From Escherichia phage vB_EcoM_JE01, in sequence record PQ471460.1: a stretch of DNA of 64,000 bases; one strand, written 5' to 3'. Position numbers and translations under genes: made by a program. Below, piece by piece: positions 28,799-39,100 of this stretch. Numbering within the stretch: the stretch's first letter is position 1; each line of letters opens with the position of its first letter. A model generated the notes under the pieces. The model did not search any database, was not told the DNA's origin, and worked only from the letters and a program-made list of their open reading frames with translations.

Positions 28799-28912
28799 AT
28801 GAAAAAGATTGTTAAAGCTATATGGAATGTAGTTATAATACTAGTAGTTTTGAGTATATTCCCAATCGTTTTAATGATTGATGTATTAAACGCTTACTTT
28901 GGATTTATGTGA
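28799..28912 (+). CDS. Hydrophobic micro-protein (37 aa)
   Basis: ATG 28799 with GGAGG RBS; MKKIVKAIWNVVIILVVLSIFPIVLMIDV... Confidence 0.4.
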   Translation: MKKIVKAIWNVVIILVVLSIFPIVLMIDVLNAYFGFM

Positions 28913-28919
28913 GGAAAAT

Positions 28920-29117
28920 ATGAAGCGTAAACGCAGTGCTTTTACATTTATTGAATGGTTTTTCGATAATATTTTTCCGGCTTTATTCATTTTCATGTTG
29001 ATTTTCGCCTTAGGTTCTGTTGTAGTTGGAATCTATTTGATGGCGGTTGTCGGAATGGATATTCACCAAAATGGTTTGAAATCTGTGGTTGAAACAATTT
29101 GGAATGGTGTAAAATAA
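28920..29117 (+). CDS. Small membrane protein (65 aa)
   Basis: ATG 28920 with GAGGAAAA RBS; two hydrophobic segments. Confidence 0.4.
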   Translation: MKRKRSAFTFIEWFFDNIFPALFIFMLIFALGSVVVGIYLMAVVGMDIHQNGLKSVVETIWNGVK

Positions 29118-29224
29118 TGAATTTACTAAGCATTTGGTTTTATATTCTTGTATTTTACATTGGCGCAAATATCCCATATTGGATGGGATGGTCAACAGCT
29201 GCATTTGGATTTTATACTCCTTGA
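29117..29224 (+). CDS. Hydrophobic micro-protein (35 aa)
   Basis: ATGA overlap with previous ORF; MNLLSIWFYILVFYIGANIPYWMGW... Confidence 0.3.
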   Translation: MNLLSIWFYILVFYIGANIPYWMGWSTAAFGFYTP

Positions 29225-29232
29225 GGTGAATT

Positions 29233-29448
29233 ATGAAAATTTTTAAAGATGTAAAAGTTGGTGAAATTTTCTGTTTAGATAATGGTGATCAGTTAATTCG
29301 TATTTCACCTCTTAAGAGCACTAGCGAGAAAATGACAGTTAACGCTACTTTAGCAAATAACAGTAATGAACGTTTCTGTATTGAAAATGATACTGAAACT
29401 TATACTGTAGAAGAGTTCTGGGAATTGAGCGTCGCCTGCGACGATTAA
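29233..29448 (+). CDS. Hypothetical protein (71 aa)
   Basis: ORF with GAGG RBS. Confidence 0.4.
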   Translation: MKIFKDVKVGEIFCLDNGDQLIRISPLKSTSEKMTVNATLANNSNERFCIENDTETYTVEEFWELSVACDD

Positions 29449-29454
29449 TTTATC

Positions 29455-29476
29455 GGCCGTATGAATTCATACGGCC
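29455..29476 (+). other. Perfect 22-bp palindrome GGCCGTATGAATTCATACGGCC upstream of ndd
   Basis: Exact dyad symmetry read directly from sequence; no U-tract follows. Confidence 0.7.
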
Positions 29477-29508
29477 TTGGAGTAGAAAATAATTTAGAGG
29501 AAATTAAC

Positions 29509-29964
29509 ATGAAATATATGACTGTTACTGATTTGAATAATGCAGGCGCAACTGTTATTGGTACAATCAAGGGCGGTGAATGGGTTTTTGGAACTCCGCA
29601 TAAAGACATTTTGTCTAACCCTGGATTTTACTTTTTAGTGAGTAAATTTGGTGGTCCATTTGATAGTCCGTGTGTATCTGCACGATTTTATGTAGGTAAT
29701 CAGCGTTCTAAGCAAGGATTCAGTGCAGTTCTAAGTCATATTCGTCAGCGTCGGTCTCAGCTTGCGCGTACTATTGCAAATAACAATGTTCCATACACAG
29801 TATTTTATCTACCTTCTTCTAAGATGAAACCTCTGACGACTGGATTTGGAAAAGGTCAGTTAGCTTTAGCGTTTACTCGTAATCATCATTCTGAGTATCA
29901 AACGCTTGAAGAAATGAACCGTATGTTGGCTGATAACTTTAAATTTGTTTTGCAGGCATATTAA
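29509..29964 (+). CDS. ndd: Ndd nucleoid-disruption protein (151 aa)
   Basis: ATG 29509 ([13 protein letters not shown]...) with GAGGAAA RBS; matches T4 Ndd as I recall it. Confidence 0.75.
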
Positions 29965-30023
29965 TGAGTAATTTCCATAACGAACATGTGATGCAGTTCT
30001 ATCGTAACAATCTTAAAACTAAA

Positions 30024-30039
30024 GGCGTCTTCGGACGCC
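30024..30039 (+). other. Intercistronic RNA hairpin with UUCG tetraloop
   Basis: GGCGTC-TTCG-GACGCC, no U-tract. Confidence 0.5.
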
Positions 30040-30051
30040 AGTGAGGAAAAT

Positions 30052-30207
30052 ATGAATATTGCAAAATTATTAGGAGTTATTTCATTTATTTGTTGGATAG
30101 TAGCATGTGTTTTAACTATCTGTATAGATGCTAGCAGTGTGTTTTCGCAAGCTTTAGCTCAGGGTATGTGTGCATATTTAACATTTGCGTTGTTATCTAA
30201 TGATTAA
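30052..30207 (+). CDS. ac: Ac acriflavine-sensitivity membrane protein (51 aa)
   Basis: 51-aa hydrophobic ORF between ndd and 52, same size and position as T4 ac; GAGGAAAA RBS. Confidence 0.6.
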   Translation: MNIAKLLGVISFICWIVACVLTICIDASSVFSQALAQGMCAYLTFALLSND

Positions 30208-30340
30208 GAAAATCTTGGGCTACTCGGTAGCCCTTGCTGCTTTATTGGTAGCACTATATTATGGAGTAATGTTCGGATTAATTCAAGTCGTGCTTTTCAT
30301 TTCTGATGTTATTATGGCACTACATTCACTAGTATGGTAA
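30200..30340 (+). CDS. Hydrophobic micro-protein (46 aa)
   Basis: ATG overlaps ac 3' end; MIKKILGYSVALAALLVALYYGVMFGLIQ... Confidence 0.35.
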   Translation: MIKKILGYSVALAALLVALYYGVMFGLIQVVLFISDVIMALHSLVW

Positions 30341-30344
30341 ATTT

Positions 30345-31673
30345 ATGCAACTGAATAATCGCGATTTAAAAAGTATCATTGATAATGAAGCATTGGCTTA
30401 TGCTATGTACACGGTTGAAAATCGTGCTATTCCAAATATGATTGATGGATTTAAGCCAGTCCAACGATTTGTTATCGCTCGAGCTCTTGATTTGGCACGA
30501 GGAAATAAAGATAAGTTTCACAAACTTGCTTCTATTGCAGGTGGTGTAGCTGACCTTGGATATCATCATGGCGAAAACTCTGCACAAGATGCGGGGGCTT
30601 TGATGGCTAACACTTGGAATAATAACTTTCCTTTGTTAGACGGTCAAGGAAACTTTGGTTCTCGTACTGTTCAAAAAGCAGCGGCAAGTCGTTATATTTT
30701 TGCTCGTGTAAGTAAAAATTTCTATAACGTATATAAAGATACTGAATATGCTCCGGTACATCAAGATAAAGAACACATTCCGCCTGCTTTCTATTTGCCT
30801 ATTATTCCTACTGTTCTTCTTAATGGTGTTTCCGGTATTGCAACTGGTTATGCAACTTACATTCTTCCTCATAGTGTTTCTTCTGTTAAGAAAGCTGTAT
30901 TACAAGCTCTTCAAGGAAAGAAAGTAACTAAACCGAAGGTAGAATTCCCAGAATTTCGCGGTGAAGTCGTTGAGATTGACGGGCAATATGAAATTCGTGG
31001 AACATATAAGTTTACTTCACGAACTCAAATGAATATCACTGAGATTCCGTATAAGTATGATCGTGAAACTTATGTGAGTAAAATCTTAGACCCGCTTGAA
31101 GATAAGGGCTTCATTACATGGGATGATGCTTGCGGTGAGCATGGTTTTGGCTTTAAAGTTAAATTCCGCAAAGAATATTCTTTGAGCGATAACGAAGAAG
31201 AACGCCATGCAAAAATCATGAAAGACTTCGGGTTGATTGAGCGTCGTTCCCAGAATATTACAGTCATTAATGAGAAAGGAAAGCTGCAAGTTTACGATAA
31301 CGTAGTTGATTTAATCAAAGACTTCGTTGAAGTTCGTAAAACTTATGTCCAAAAACGAATTGATAACAAAATTAAAGAAACTGAATCAGCATTTCGTTTA
31401 GCCTTTGCCAAGGCACATTTCATTAAGAAAGTAATTTCAGGTGAAATCGTTGTACAGGGTAAAACTCGCAAAGAACTGACCGAAGAACTTTCTAAAATTG
31501 ATATGTATTCTTCTTATGTCGATAAACTAGTCGGAATGAATATTTTTCATATGACTTCTGACGAAGCAAAGAAACTTGCTGAAGAAGCTAAAGCTAAGAA
31601 AGAAGAAAACGAATATTGGAAAACTACTGATGTAGTTACAGAATACACCAAAGATTTAGAGGAAATCAAATGA
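30345..31673 (+). CDS. 52: Topoisomerase II medium (GyrA-like) subunit gp52, 442 aa
   Basis: GyrA-like N-terminal domain with active-site region AASRYIFAR; 442 aa. Confidence 0.9.
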   Translation: MQLNNRDLKSIIDNEALAYAMYTVENRAIPNMIDGFKPVQRFVIARALDLARGNKDKFHKLASIAGGVADLGYHHGENSAQDAGALMANTWNNNFPLLDGQGNFGSRTVQKAAASRYIFARVSKNFYNVYKDTEYAPVHQDKEHIPPAFYLPIIPTVLLNGVSGIATGYATYILPHSVSSVKKAVLQALQGKKVTKPKVEFPEFRGEVVEIDGQYEIRGTYKFTSRTQMNITEIPYKYDRETYVSKILDPLEDKGFITWDDACGEHGFGFKVKFRKEYSLSDNEEERHAKIMKDFGLIERRSQNITVINEKGKLQVYDNVVDLIKDFVEVRKTYVQKRIDNKIKETESAFRLAFAKAHFIKKVISGEIVVQGKTRKELTEELSKIDMYSSYVDKLVGMNIFHMTSDEAKKLAEEAKAKKEENEYWKTTDVVTEYTKDLEEIK

Positions 31674-31819
31674 GTCCATTCATAGGTATTACAAGCGCGG
31701 CATTAGTATCTGGCGGCATTTTACTAGCGGGGGTAGGTGTTGTTCCAGCCGTAGCAGGAGGTCTTCTTGCGTTCGGCATTCAACGTGTTATCATGACAGT
31801 TATCACAGTCATGCAGTAA
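31670..31819 (+). CDS. Hydrophobic micro-protein (49 aa)
   Basis: ATGA overlap with gene 52 stop; Gly/Ala/Val-rich TM peptide. Confidence 0.35.
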   Translation: MSPFIGITSAALVSGGILLAGVGVVPAVAGGLLAFGIQRVIMTVITVMQ

Positions 31820-31825
31820 ATTTTA

Positions 31826-31851
31826 GGGAGAGCCGAGGCTCTCCCTTTTTT
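31826..31851 (+). terminator. Intrinsic terminator
   Basis: GGGAGAGC-CGAG-GCTCTCCC hairpin followed by TTTTTT. Confidence 0.75.
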
Positions 31852-31877
31852 ATTTTAATTTTTTTTTTCACAAAACG

Positions 31878-31907
31878 GTTTACAACCAAAGCATACTATG
31901 GTACTAT
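31878..31907 (+). promoter_or_regulatory. T4-type early promoter (motA)
   Basis: GTTTAC 31878-31883, 18-bp spacer, TGgTACTAT (31902-31907); near-identical to element at 48514. Confidence 0.65.
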
Positions 31908-31948
31908 ACAACTATCAACTACTGATACAGAATTACGGAGATTAGAAA

Positions 31949-32584
31949 ATGTCTAAAGTAACTTACATCATCAAAGCTTCTAACGATGTTCTGAATGAAA
32001 AAACTGCTGCGATTTTAATTACCATTGCTAAGAAAGATTTCATTACAGCTGCAGAAGTTCGTGAGGTGCATCCAGATTTAGGTAATGCAGTAGTTAATAG
32101 TAATATTGGGGTATTGATTAAAAAAGGCCTGGTGGAGAAATCTGGTGATGGATTAATCATTACTGGTGAAGCTCAGGATATTATTTCAAATGCGGCAACT
32201 TTATACGCACAGGAAAACGCTCCTGAACTGCTGAAAAAACGAGCAACTCGTAAAGCTCGCGAGATTACTTCTGATATGGAAGAAGATAAAGACTTCATGT
32301 TAAAACTTTTAGATGAAAATGGATTTGTTCTTAAAAAGGTTGAAACTTATCGTAGTAACTATCTCGCTATTTTAGAAAAACGCACTCACGGAATTCGTAA
32401 TTTTGAAATTAACAACAATGGAAATATGCGAATTTTTGGATACAAAATGATGGAACATCATATTCAGAAATTTACTGATATCGGAATGTCATGTAAAATC
32501 GCTAAAAACGGTAATGTGTATCTTGACATTAAACGCTCGGCTGAAAACATTGAAGCTGTAATCACCGTAGCATCTGAACTGTGA
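31949..32584 (+). CDS. motA: MotA middle-transcription activator (211 aa)
   Basis: 211 aa; matches T4 MotA as I recall it (MSKVTYIIKASNDVLNEKTAAILITIAKKDFITAAEVREVHPDLGNAVVNSNIGVLIKKGLVEKSGDGLIITGEAQDIISNAATLYAQENAPELLKKRATRKAREITSDMEEDKDFMLKLLDENGFVLKKVETYRSNYLAILEKRTHGIRNFEINNNGNMRIFGYKMMEHHIQKFTDIGMSCKIAKNGNVYLDIKRSAENIEAVITVASEL). Confidence 0.85.
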   Translation: MSKVTYIIKASNDVLNEKTAAILITIAKKDFITAAEVREVHPDLGNAVVNSNIGVLIKKGLVEKSGDGLIITGEAQDIISNAATLYAQENAPELLKKRATRKAREITSDMEEDKDFMLKLLDENGFVLKKVETYRSNYLAILEKRTHGIRNFEINNNGNMRIFGYKMMEHHIQKFTDIGMSCKIAKNGNVYLDIKRSAENIEAVITVASEL

Positions 32585-32594
32585 GGAATAAATA

Positions 32595-32924
32595 ATGAAC
32601 AAGTTAGAAATTATCAATGAACTTCGTCGTTGTGCAGAACCCACTCAAGAGGGGTGGGATATCTGGTACCATGGAGCTTATCTTGGAACTATCGTAAAGA
32701 TTAAGACTGGTAAATACATGATTATTCGTGAAAGTAAAGATGCTCCAGTAGGTATTCGCAATAATTTCATGGCAGCGATAAGTTCCTTTACGGATTCAGC
32801 TTACGAAATTTACCTTGCTGATTATAAAGAATTCCAGGAATCTCAACCAGTTATTCGCTCAATTGGTGTTAACAAAGCTCAACAGAAAACTTTATGGCAG
32901 CGTATTAAAGGATGGTTTAAATGA
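32595..32924 (+). CDS. Hypothetical protein (109 aa)
   Basis: ORF. Confidence 0.4.
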   Translation: MNKLEIINELRRCAEPTQEGWDIWYHGAYLGTIVKIKTGKYMIIRESKDAPVGIRNNFMAAISSFTDSAYEIYLADYKEFQESQPVIRSIGVNKAQQKTLWQRIKGWFK

Positions 32925-33382
32925 ACCCATTTATTAATCGTTTAAAAATGCTGAATGTTCCTTTATCTCGTGAAACTCCAGAAAGTCTTGTTGAAAAATT
33001 TAAAGCGCATGGTTATAAATGCACAGAAGAAGATATTCTTACAGAAGTTCCTGAAATCTGTTGGCAGACTGCATACTGGGATGAAAACCAAAAGTATCAA
33101 CGACGAATTGTTTGCGCAGCCAACCGTTTTAAATTAAAAGATGGACGAACTCTTGTTATTCCAGGTGCTCGTCATTATTCTAAAGATATGGCAGAAGTTT
33201 TAGATGTAGTTAAACCTCAATTAGTTACTCAACAAGTTTGTGATGATGACCAAGGGTTTATTGACCAATATAGTAATTATTGGACACGTGAAGAAGCAAT
33301 GATTATTGCAACTTACGCTGGACAAGTACGTATTGAACGCGGTGGTAGTGAAAAAGAACTTTACTCTGAGGACCTTTACTAA
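32921..33382 (+). CDS. Hypothetical protein (153 aa)
   Basis: ORF. Confidence 0.45.
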   Translation: MNPFINRLKMLNVPLSRETPESLVEKFKAHGYKCTEEDILTEVPEICWQTAYWDENQKYQRRIVCAANRFKLKDGRTLVIPGARHYSKDMAEVLDVVKPQLVTQQVCDDDQGFIDQYSNYWTREEAMIIATYAGQVRIERGGSEKELYSEDLY

Positions 33383-33678
33383 TGAATATTAAAAAGTTTC
33401 AAATTGATGGAATTATGAATCAAATCCAGGCATTGGAATATGCCAATAAAATGATGTCAACCAATTGGGGAATTTATGCCAATGAACCGGCATTTCAGTT
33501 CTGTAATATGGAATTCACTAAAAAGCTCGTAGGAAAAGATTATGTATGTCCATTTAGTTCCCCAATAAATGGAATGCTAAAGCCTGCTTTACGCGATCTT
33601 TATATTGCGATGAACGAAGAGATGATAAAAGAACTAAAACGTCAACTAAAGGTGATTCAATTTGGCCAGGGAAATTAA
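33382..33678 (+). CDS. Hypothetical protein (98 aa)
   Basis: ORF. Confidence 0.4.
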   Translation: MNIKKFQIDGIMNQIQALEYANKMMSTNWGIYANEPAFQFCNMEFTKKLVGKDYVCPFSSPINGMLKPALRDLYIAMNEEMIKELKRQLKVIQFGQGN

Positions 33679-33880
33679 TTCAAAATCCGATTATTTTAAT
33701 TCTCTCAATGATAAAGATAAAAATTTAATACGGCACTTTATCGTTGAGATGGGATATACTGACACACGTGATTTAAGAGAACATATATTTGAATGTGGTG
33801 TAGCTAAAAAGTTTTCATTCACATGCAAATGTTTAAGAGAGGTGATTCAGCACTATGAACAATTTAGTCGCAAAACATAA
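33662..33880 (+). CDS. Hypothetical protein (72 aa)
   Basis: ORF. Confidence 0.35.
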   Translation: MAREINSKSDYFNSLNDKDKNLIRHFIVEMGYTDTRDLREHIFECGVAKKFSFTCKCLREVIQHYEQFSRKT

Positions 33881-33963
33881 TTTTAATAAAGCTTCTGTTC
33901 ATAAAGATAAGAAGAAAGCGTTTAAAGAATCTAATCGCAAACAGAAACATAAGGGGAAGGTCT

Positions 33964-34242
33964 ATGATTATTGATTCTCAATCTGTGGTTCAATATACAA
34001 TCAAAATTGATATTCTAGAAAAGCTATATAAGTTTCTACCAAATTTATACCACTCAATTGTTAATGAATTAGTTGAAGAACTACATCTTGAGAATAATGA
34101 TTTCTTGGTTGGAACTTATAAAGACCTCTCAAAAGCAGGATATTTTTACGTAATTCCAGCTCCAGGAAAAAGTATTGATGATGTATTAAAAACTATAATG
34201 ATTTACGTCCATGATTACGAAATTGAAGATTATTTCGAATGA
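33964..34242 (+). CDS. arn: Arn anti-restriction protein candidate (92 aa, acidic)
   Basis: 92-aa acidic ORF adjacent to asiA, as T4 arn. Confidence 0.5.
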   Translation: MIIDSQSVVQYTIKIDILEKLYKFLPNLYHSIVNELVEELHLENNDFLVGTYKDLSKAGYFYVIPAPGKSIDDVLKTIMIYVHDYEIEDYFE

Positions 34243-34391
34243 GTCATAATCTTGAAAAGGTAATCGAGCATAATGTAGCTCAGGAACGTGAGTCGTTCAA
34301 GGAATTCGTAGAAAAAATTTTTGAAGAAAATAACACAGACCAGTTTACAAATCAAACGTCTGATGATATTATAATAAAGTCAACTAATTGA
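34239..34391 (+). CDS. Hypothetical protein (50 aa)
   Basis: ATGA overlap with arn stop; below ORF-track cutoff. Confidence 0.3.
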   Translation: MSHNLEKVIEHNVAQERESFKEFVEKIFEENNTDQFTNQTSDDIIIKSTN

Positions 34392-34403
34392 GTGGTATAG
34401 TTA

Positions 34404-34676
34404 ATGAATAAAAACATTGATACAGTTCGTGAAATTATTACTGTTGCGTCTATTTTGATTAAATTTTCCAGAGAAGATATTGTTGAGAATCGTGCTAATT
34501 TTATCGCATTTCTGAATGAGATTGGAGTAACGCATGAAGGTAGAAAGTTAAATCAGAATTCATTCCGTAAAATTGTTTCTGAATTAACCCAAGAAGATAA
34601 GAAAACCCTCATCGACGAATTCAACGAGGGTTTTGAGGGTGTATATCGATATCTAGAGATGTATACAAACAAATAA
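34404..34676 (+). CDS. asiA: AsiA anti-sigma70 factor (90 aa)
   Basis: 90 aa; matches T4 AsiA as I recall it (MNKNIDTVREIITVASILIKFSREDIVENRANFIAFLNEIG...). Confidence 0.85.
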   Translation: MNKNIDTVREIITVASILIKFSREDIVENRANFIAFLNEIGVTHEGRKLNQNSFRKIVSELTQEDKKTLIDEFNEGFEGVYRYLEMYTNK

Positions 34677-35333
34677 TTATTTAGCCCTTCCTAATATTCT
34701 GGCCGCCTGAGAACATATTGATTCAAGGCGGTCATTACTTATATGATCATTTCTATACCAGTACATGGTTATCGTTCCAGCATAGATATTATCCAAATTA
34801 AAATATGGACAACTGTACATGTAGTTTATTTCGGGAGTAGGCTTTTTAGTTGGTAAAAAAGCAAATTTTGAGTTGGAATAATAATGACGTCCATTTAAAT
34901 GAACTGTATATTCATCCATAGTTTTATCAACAGGATATCCTCCAAGTGATTTTTCGCTTATTGTTGAAGGTAATTTTCCTTCATATGCTATAATATCAAC
35001 AAAATAGTTTAAGTTTTTAGGGCGGAAAGAATACACCGCACTAAAGTCTGCCTCAGATGATATATGAACTATCTGGAGTTGTTCCAGGGCGACAGATTCA
35101 AAGCGTGCATTTCTTTCCTTTTCAATAATTTCACTGTATGTTTCATACTTTGATTGCTTATAGTACTCAAAGAAACTATCTCCCCTATACCAAACAATCG
35201 CCATTATAAACAAAAGAATTACGACAGCTACTCGGGAAGCAAGAACCTTCCCGGTAGCGTTATCTTTGAACAAGCGATCTAGAACACCCAACAGAATATC
35301 AGAGGGCGAAAATGATATTCTAGGTGCTGCCAT
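34677..35333 (-). CDS. t: Holin T (218 aa)
   Basis: 218 aa, single N-terminal TM then large periplasmic domain; convergent with asiA, downstream of gene 38. Confidence 0.85.
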   Translation of the reverse strand: MAAPRISFSPSDILLGVLDRLFKDNATGKVLASRVAVVILLFIMAIVWYRGDSFFEYYKQSKYETYSEIIEKERNARFESVALEQLQIVHISSEADFSAVYSFRPKNLNYFVDIIAYEGKLPSTISEKSLGGYPVDKTMDEYTVHLNGRHYYSNSKFAFLPTKKPTPEINYMYSCPYFNLDNIYAGTITMYWYRNDHISNDRLESICSQAARILGRAK

Positions 35334-35363
35334 AGACCCTCCTTTTAAGGATATTTATTCAAA

Positions 35364-36143
35364 TTATACTCTTGGACCATATATTGCTCCAACGTTTTGC
35401 CATGTCGGTGTAGACCCTATGACGGCATAACCAGCAGCACCACCGTTATATTCTGTACCGTTCCCATGAATATTACATCTACCTCCTGCTGAGCCAACTT
35501 CACCGCCATTCCCGCCTGTATATACCCAAAGAGACCCCTCACCGACAGATCCTGCACCCGGAGCGGAAATGGTGCCAGCGGTTGCACCAGCACCCATATG
35601 AGAGGAAGACCCGCCAGCACCGAATGGGCGACCACCACCACCACCAAATGATAGTCTACCGTAGTTACCGCCGCCGCCACCGCCACCGCCGCCTGCAATA
35701 GCTCCACCATTATTAATTCTTAGTCTCCCACCAATATCGTTTTGAATACAATGACCTCCAGCTGAGCCAGGACTATTGCTACCGCCATTACCGCCACGTC
35801 CATACATCGTTACGCCGTGTATATTCAACTGAACATATTCATTCGGTGTATCTCCGTACATGAAGAATAAAGGAACATCTTTAGAATATGATACTAAATC
35901 TCCAGTGATATTAAACACTATAGGTGTACTACCTGCCTCAAAACATCTATCTCGGAACCATTGACCATTGAAGTTATGGTCTGCTCCAAGCGTGTGAATA
36001 ATTTCTCTTGAGCGACCTGCAAATTGACTCATCCAGCAAGGAACACCCAATCTTAATTGACCAGCTGCTTGACTCATCCAGCGCTGACCCGTTTCATTTA
36101 CGGCTGAACTTCCAATCCAGCCAGGAACTCCAACTACTGCCAT
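35364..36143 (-). CDS. 38: gp38 tail-fibre adhesin, T2 type (259 aa) with glycine-rich motifs
   Basis: Poly-Gly tracts ([29 protein letters not shown]) characteristic of T2-like gp38 adhesins rather than the shorter T4 gp38 chaperone. Confidence 0.8.
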   Translation of the reverse strand: MAVVGVPGWIGSSAVNETGQRWMSQAAGQLRLGVPCWMSQFAGRSREIIHTLGADHNFNGQWFRDRCFEAGSTPIVFNITGDLVSYSKDVPLFFMYGDTPNEYVQLNIHGVTMYGRGGNGGSNSPGSAGGHCIQNDIGGRLRINNGGAIAGGGGGGGGGNYGRLSFGGGGGRPFGAGGSSSHMGAGATAGTISAPGAGSVGEGSLWVYTGGNGGEVGSAGGRCNIHGNGTEYNGGAAGYAVIGSTPTWQNVGAIYGPRV

Positions 36144-36158
36144 AATTTATACTCCAAA

Positions 36159-36173
36159 GGGGGCATTTCCCCC
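36159..36173 (-). other. GC hairpin between gene 37 stop and gene 38 start
   Basis: GGGGG-AAATG-CCCCC on the minus-strand transcript, immediately upstream of gene 38 RBS. Confidence 0.5.
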
Positions 36174-36179
36174 TTGTTG

Positions 36180-39100
36180 TTAGAATTTAAAATATTTACT
36201 AATTTTGCGAGCAATTTTAGTAAAGAGAGGCGTTTTCAATTCTTTAATTTCTTCACTCATTTCCTGAATAGCCTTAATTAAAAGCGCGTTCACAGCAGAG
36301 TTAGAAATTGTTAAAATTTCTTCCGGGTTATCCTGAGATCCGACACTAGAAGTGCTAACAGCTTCCGGTAATACTTCTTGCAAATCCTGTGCGATAATAC
36401 CAATCTCATGGCCGATAACTTCGCGGTCAGAAAGAGATTTAACTTTATCATAGGTTTTAACTTTGAGTTTATTTACCTTATCCACCGCATTTTCTTCGTA
36501 ATCTTCAACATTAATTTTCAGACGACGATCGGAACGAATATAAACATCGTTAAAGTTTCCGTTACCAGTGGCATGAAATTCTCCACTTGCATGGAATTGA
36601 TAATCAGCACCCTGAACATGAAGAACCGCTGCCGCAGTATTATTACTATCACCGGGACAATGAACGTCCATAGCAGCGATGTAGTTACGCCCCCAATCAA
36701 CCGCTTTCCAAATAGCATGAGCACTATCAACGCTTTGTTGACAGTCAACCAACAAACCAGCAGGTCGGTCTCTCCATGCAACATATGCACCACCAGAAAC
36801 CTCACCACGGATAAGTCCTTGATCTGCGGCATAAGGAACACGCCCTTCCAGTTGAATCATTGCGCCCTTAAAGTGATGACTAAATGGTCCACCGTGGTTA
36901 TTGCGAATATGTAAAATACCCTCATCTGTAGCCCAGATAACAGCCTTTTCTGCCTCGCTATCATCTCTAAACCAGACGCGGCGAGCACCAGCAGAGTTTT
37001 TGATAGTAATCCCGGAAGGTCCATGCACAGTAAAAGCGCCAGCAACATCAAACATCAAACTGTTATCTGTCCTACGTTCAGTATAGAAGTGATAACCTTT
37101 GGAATCACCGACTTCCATCACTGCCGAGCGACCAACTTCTGAATTTCCCCAATTATTGATATGGAATTGTTCAGAGCTATTATTCATCTGATTTAGGTAT
37201 AATGCACCATCAGTAAATGTTTCGCCAAAGAAACGAGTTTTAATTGCACCTGTCGCTAAAGTACGTTCAGTGGAAAAATGAGCGCCTTGACTATCTTCTA
37301 ACTGGATGATGTTATCACGAGCATTATTACTATCACCCCAATGGTTAAATTTAAAATAATCTCGTGATCCTAAACGTCCGGCGTCAAAAGTCATCACGCC
37401 TTTCATGTTAATATCACCGTCGACCAGAACATTATCCGGGAAGTTAACAGTACCGTCTTGATTAAAACGAGACGTATGGCCTTGTGAACCATCTTCTTTC
37501 AGATGATGAATAACGAATGTACCTGAACTAATCTCAGTACCTAAAGACCAAACGGCTTTACCATTTAAAAACTTCTGTTTAACAATAGGATAATATTTGC
37601 TTATAGCATCATCATCAATTTCCTGGAAAATAGGAGCCGCTTGAGCATATTGAATGTCATAACCACCAGCGCCTGCGCCATGACCAGTAAATTTAATATA
37701 GCCGTTTGCTGCGAACGTATTGTAACTTGATTGTAAATCTGGAATAGTAACTTTACCGGTATCTAAAGCCATACTAAACGGGCGAAGTGGACCGATATCG
37801 CCATGTTTACCTTCACCATAAGCAGTTGGAATAATATGAAGACTTCCTTCTGAACGTCTAAAAATGGCTCCATAATCTGCGTTCCAAATACGAAGAGCAT
37901 TCACTGCTCCAGATGAAATTTCACCTGTTGTGTGAACTCCTCTATCTCCAGCAGTAACACCAGATGATTCAAATGAACCATTAACGTTCATTTCTACTTC
38001 GCCAGTAGTAAGTCTTTGAATATAGCTCATCCAGCTAGTTGCATCAGAAATTTCCATAATGTTTTTACGGATACCTCCGCTTGGATCAACAAACGTATTA
38101 CCCCAAACTTTAATATCCATATTATCAACCGAGCTGTATCCTGTTGTGTTACCTCTAAACATCAGCGTAGAAGAATTATTACGACCATCAATATTAACAG
38201 AACCACCAATAACGTCAATATTACCAGGAGTGACTAACAAACCGCCGTGAGTATTAATGTTTGTAGTACCTTTACCACGGAAATAGTGATGATAATTACC
38301 GCCTTGGTAATATCCTAAAAGAGTTTGACCATCTCCAAACGCGTTATTATCGTGATATGTCACGACAGTAGCAAGAGCATAGTTTTCAGTTGGAGGAGTC
38401 GTTAAATCGGTTCCGTTAGTAGAATATCCAGCTACAAATTTTCTTAGGCTAGTTGTTTCACTAGGACTAAATAAAAATGTTTTCGTTCCATTATTGACGC
38501 TGAAATAATATCCATCCTGATGCCATTTAAATCCAGTATCATTATCTCCAAGAGAAATTGAAGCAGTCCCTAATTCAGAATATCCTTTAGAGCCACCTGG
38601 AAGACCTATAGAAACAGAATGGCCTGCTTTCAATCCACCAGACCAGGTAAACGACCAAAGATAGGCATCTAACCCGTCACCAGCGTACCAGGTTATCCCG
38701 TCGTTATCTTTAACTTCATGGAATATACCAGATCCTACGGCATTTCGCATAACACGGAGGTGGTTAATAGCCGTTTCGCTTTCTGCCAATGGAGTGTTAT
38801 TTGCTAATGAATAGATATCATAATCGCCTGTCTTCTTCCCATTTGTAATAACTTTATCGGTCAGAATTTGTGGAGACGAAATAGATTTCCATGCTGATAC
38901 TTCAGGTGAAGTAAATAGGCCACTACCTGAAAATGCATAGGTGCTTTCACTTCCTGCAGCATAATCTTGAACCCTGATATTAAGTACTTGTGTAGTTAAT
39001 CCATCATTAGCCGGGGCATAAATGATTCCGCGTTCGCGGTTATTGCCATCGAAAAAACGAACATGTGATGTACCTGAACTTTTTGTAATAAGTTCTCCAC

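Noticed and set aside
35334-35363. Late promoter for holin t
   Set aside because: Only near-matches (AATAAATA, TATAATTT) to TATAAATA are present; t may be transcribed from the upstream tail-fibre late promoters
35560-35700. Repetitive GGC/GCC-rich DNA that could be mistaken for a tandem repeat or CRISPR-like array
   Set aside because: Units are irregular and encode the poly-glycine motifs of gp38; no spacer/repeat periodicity
35417-35710. Minus-strand 97-aa ORF within gene 38
   Set aside because: Alternate frame of the glycine-rich gp38 coding sequence (GGN codon repeats read as Val/Ala tracts); overlaps the real gene on the same strand
36378-38250. Plus-strand ORFs (178 aa, 61 aa, 73 aa, 63 aa) inside the tail-fibre gene 37 region
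   Set aside because: They lie antisense within the long, well-supported gp37 reading frame and have no RBS or promoter; typical spurious antisense ORFs
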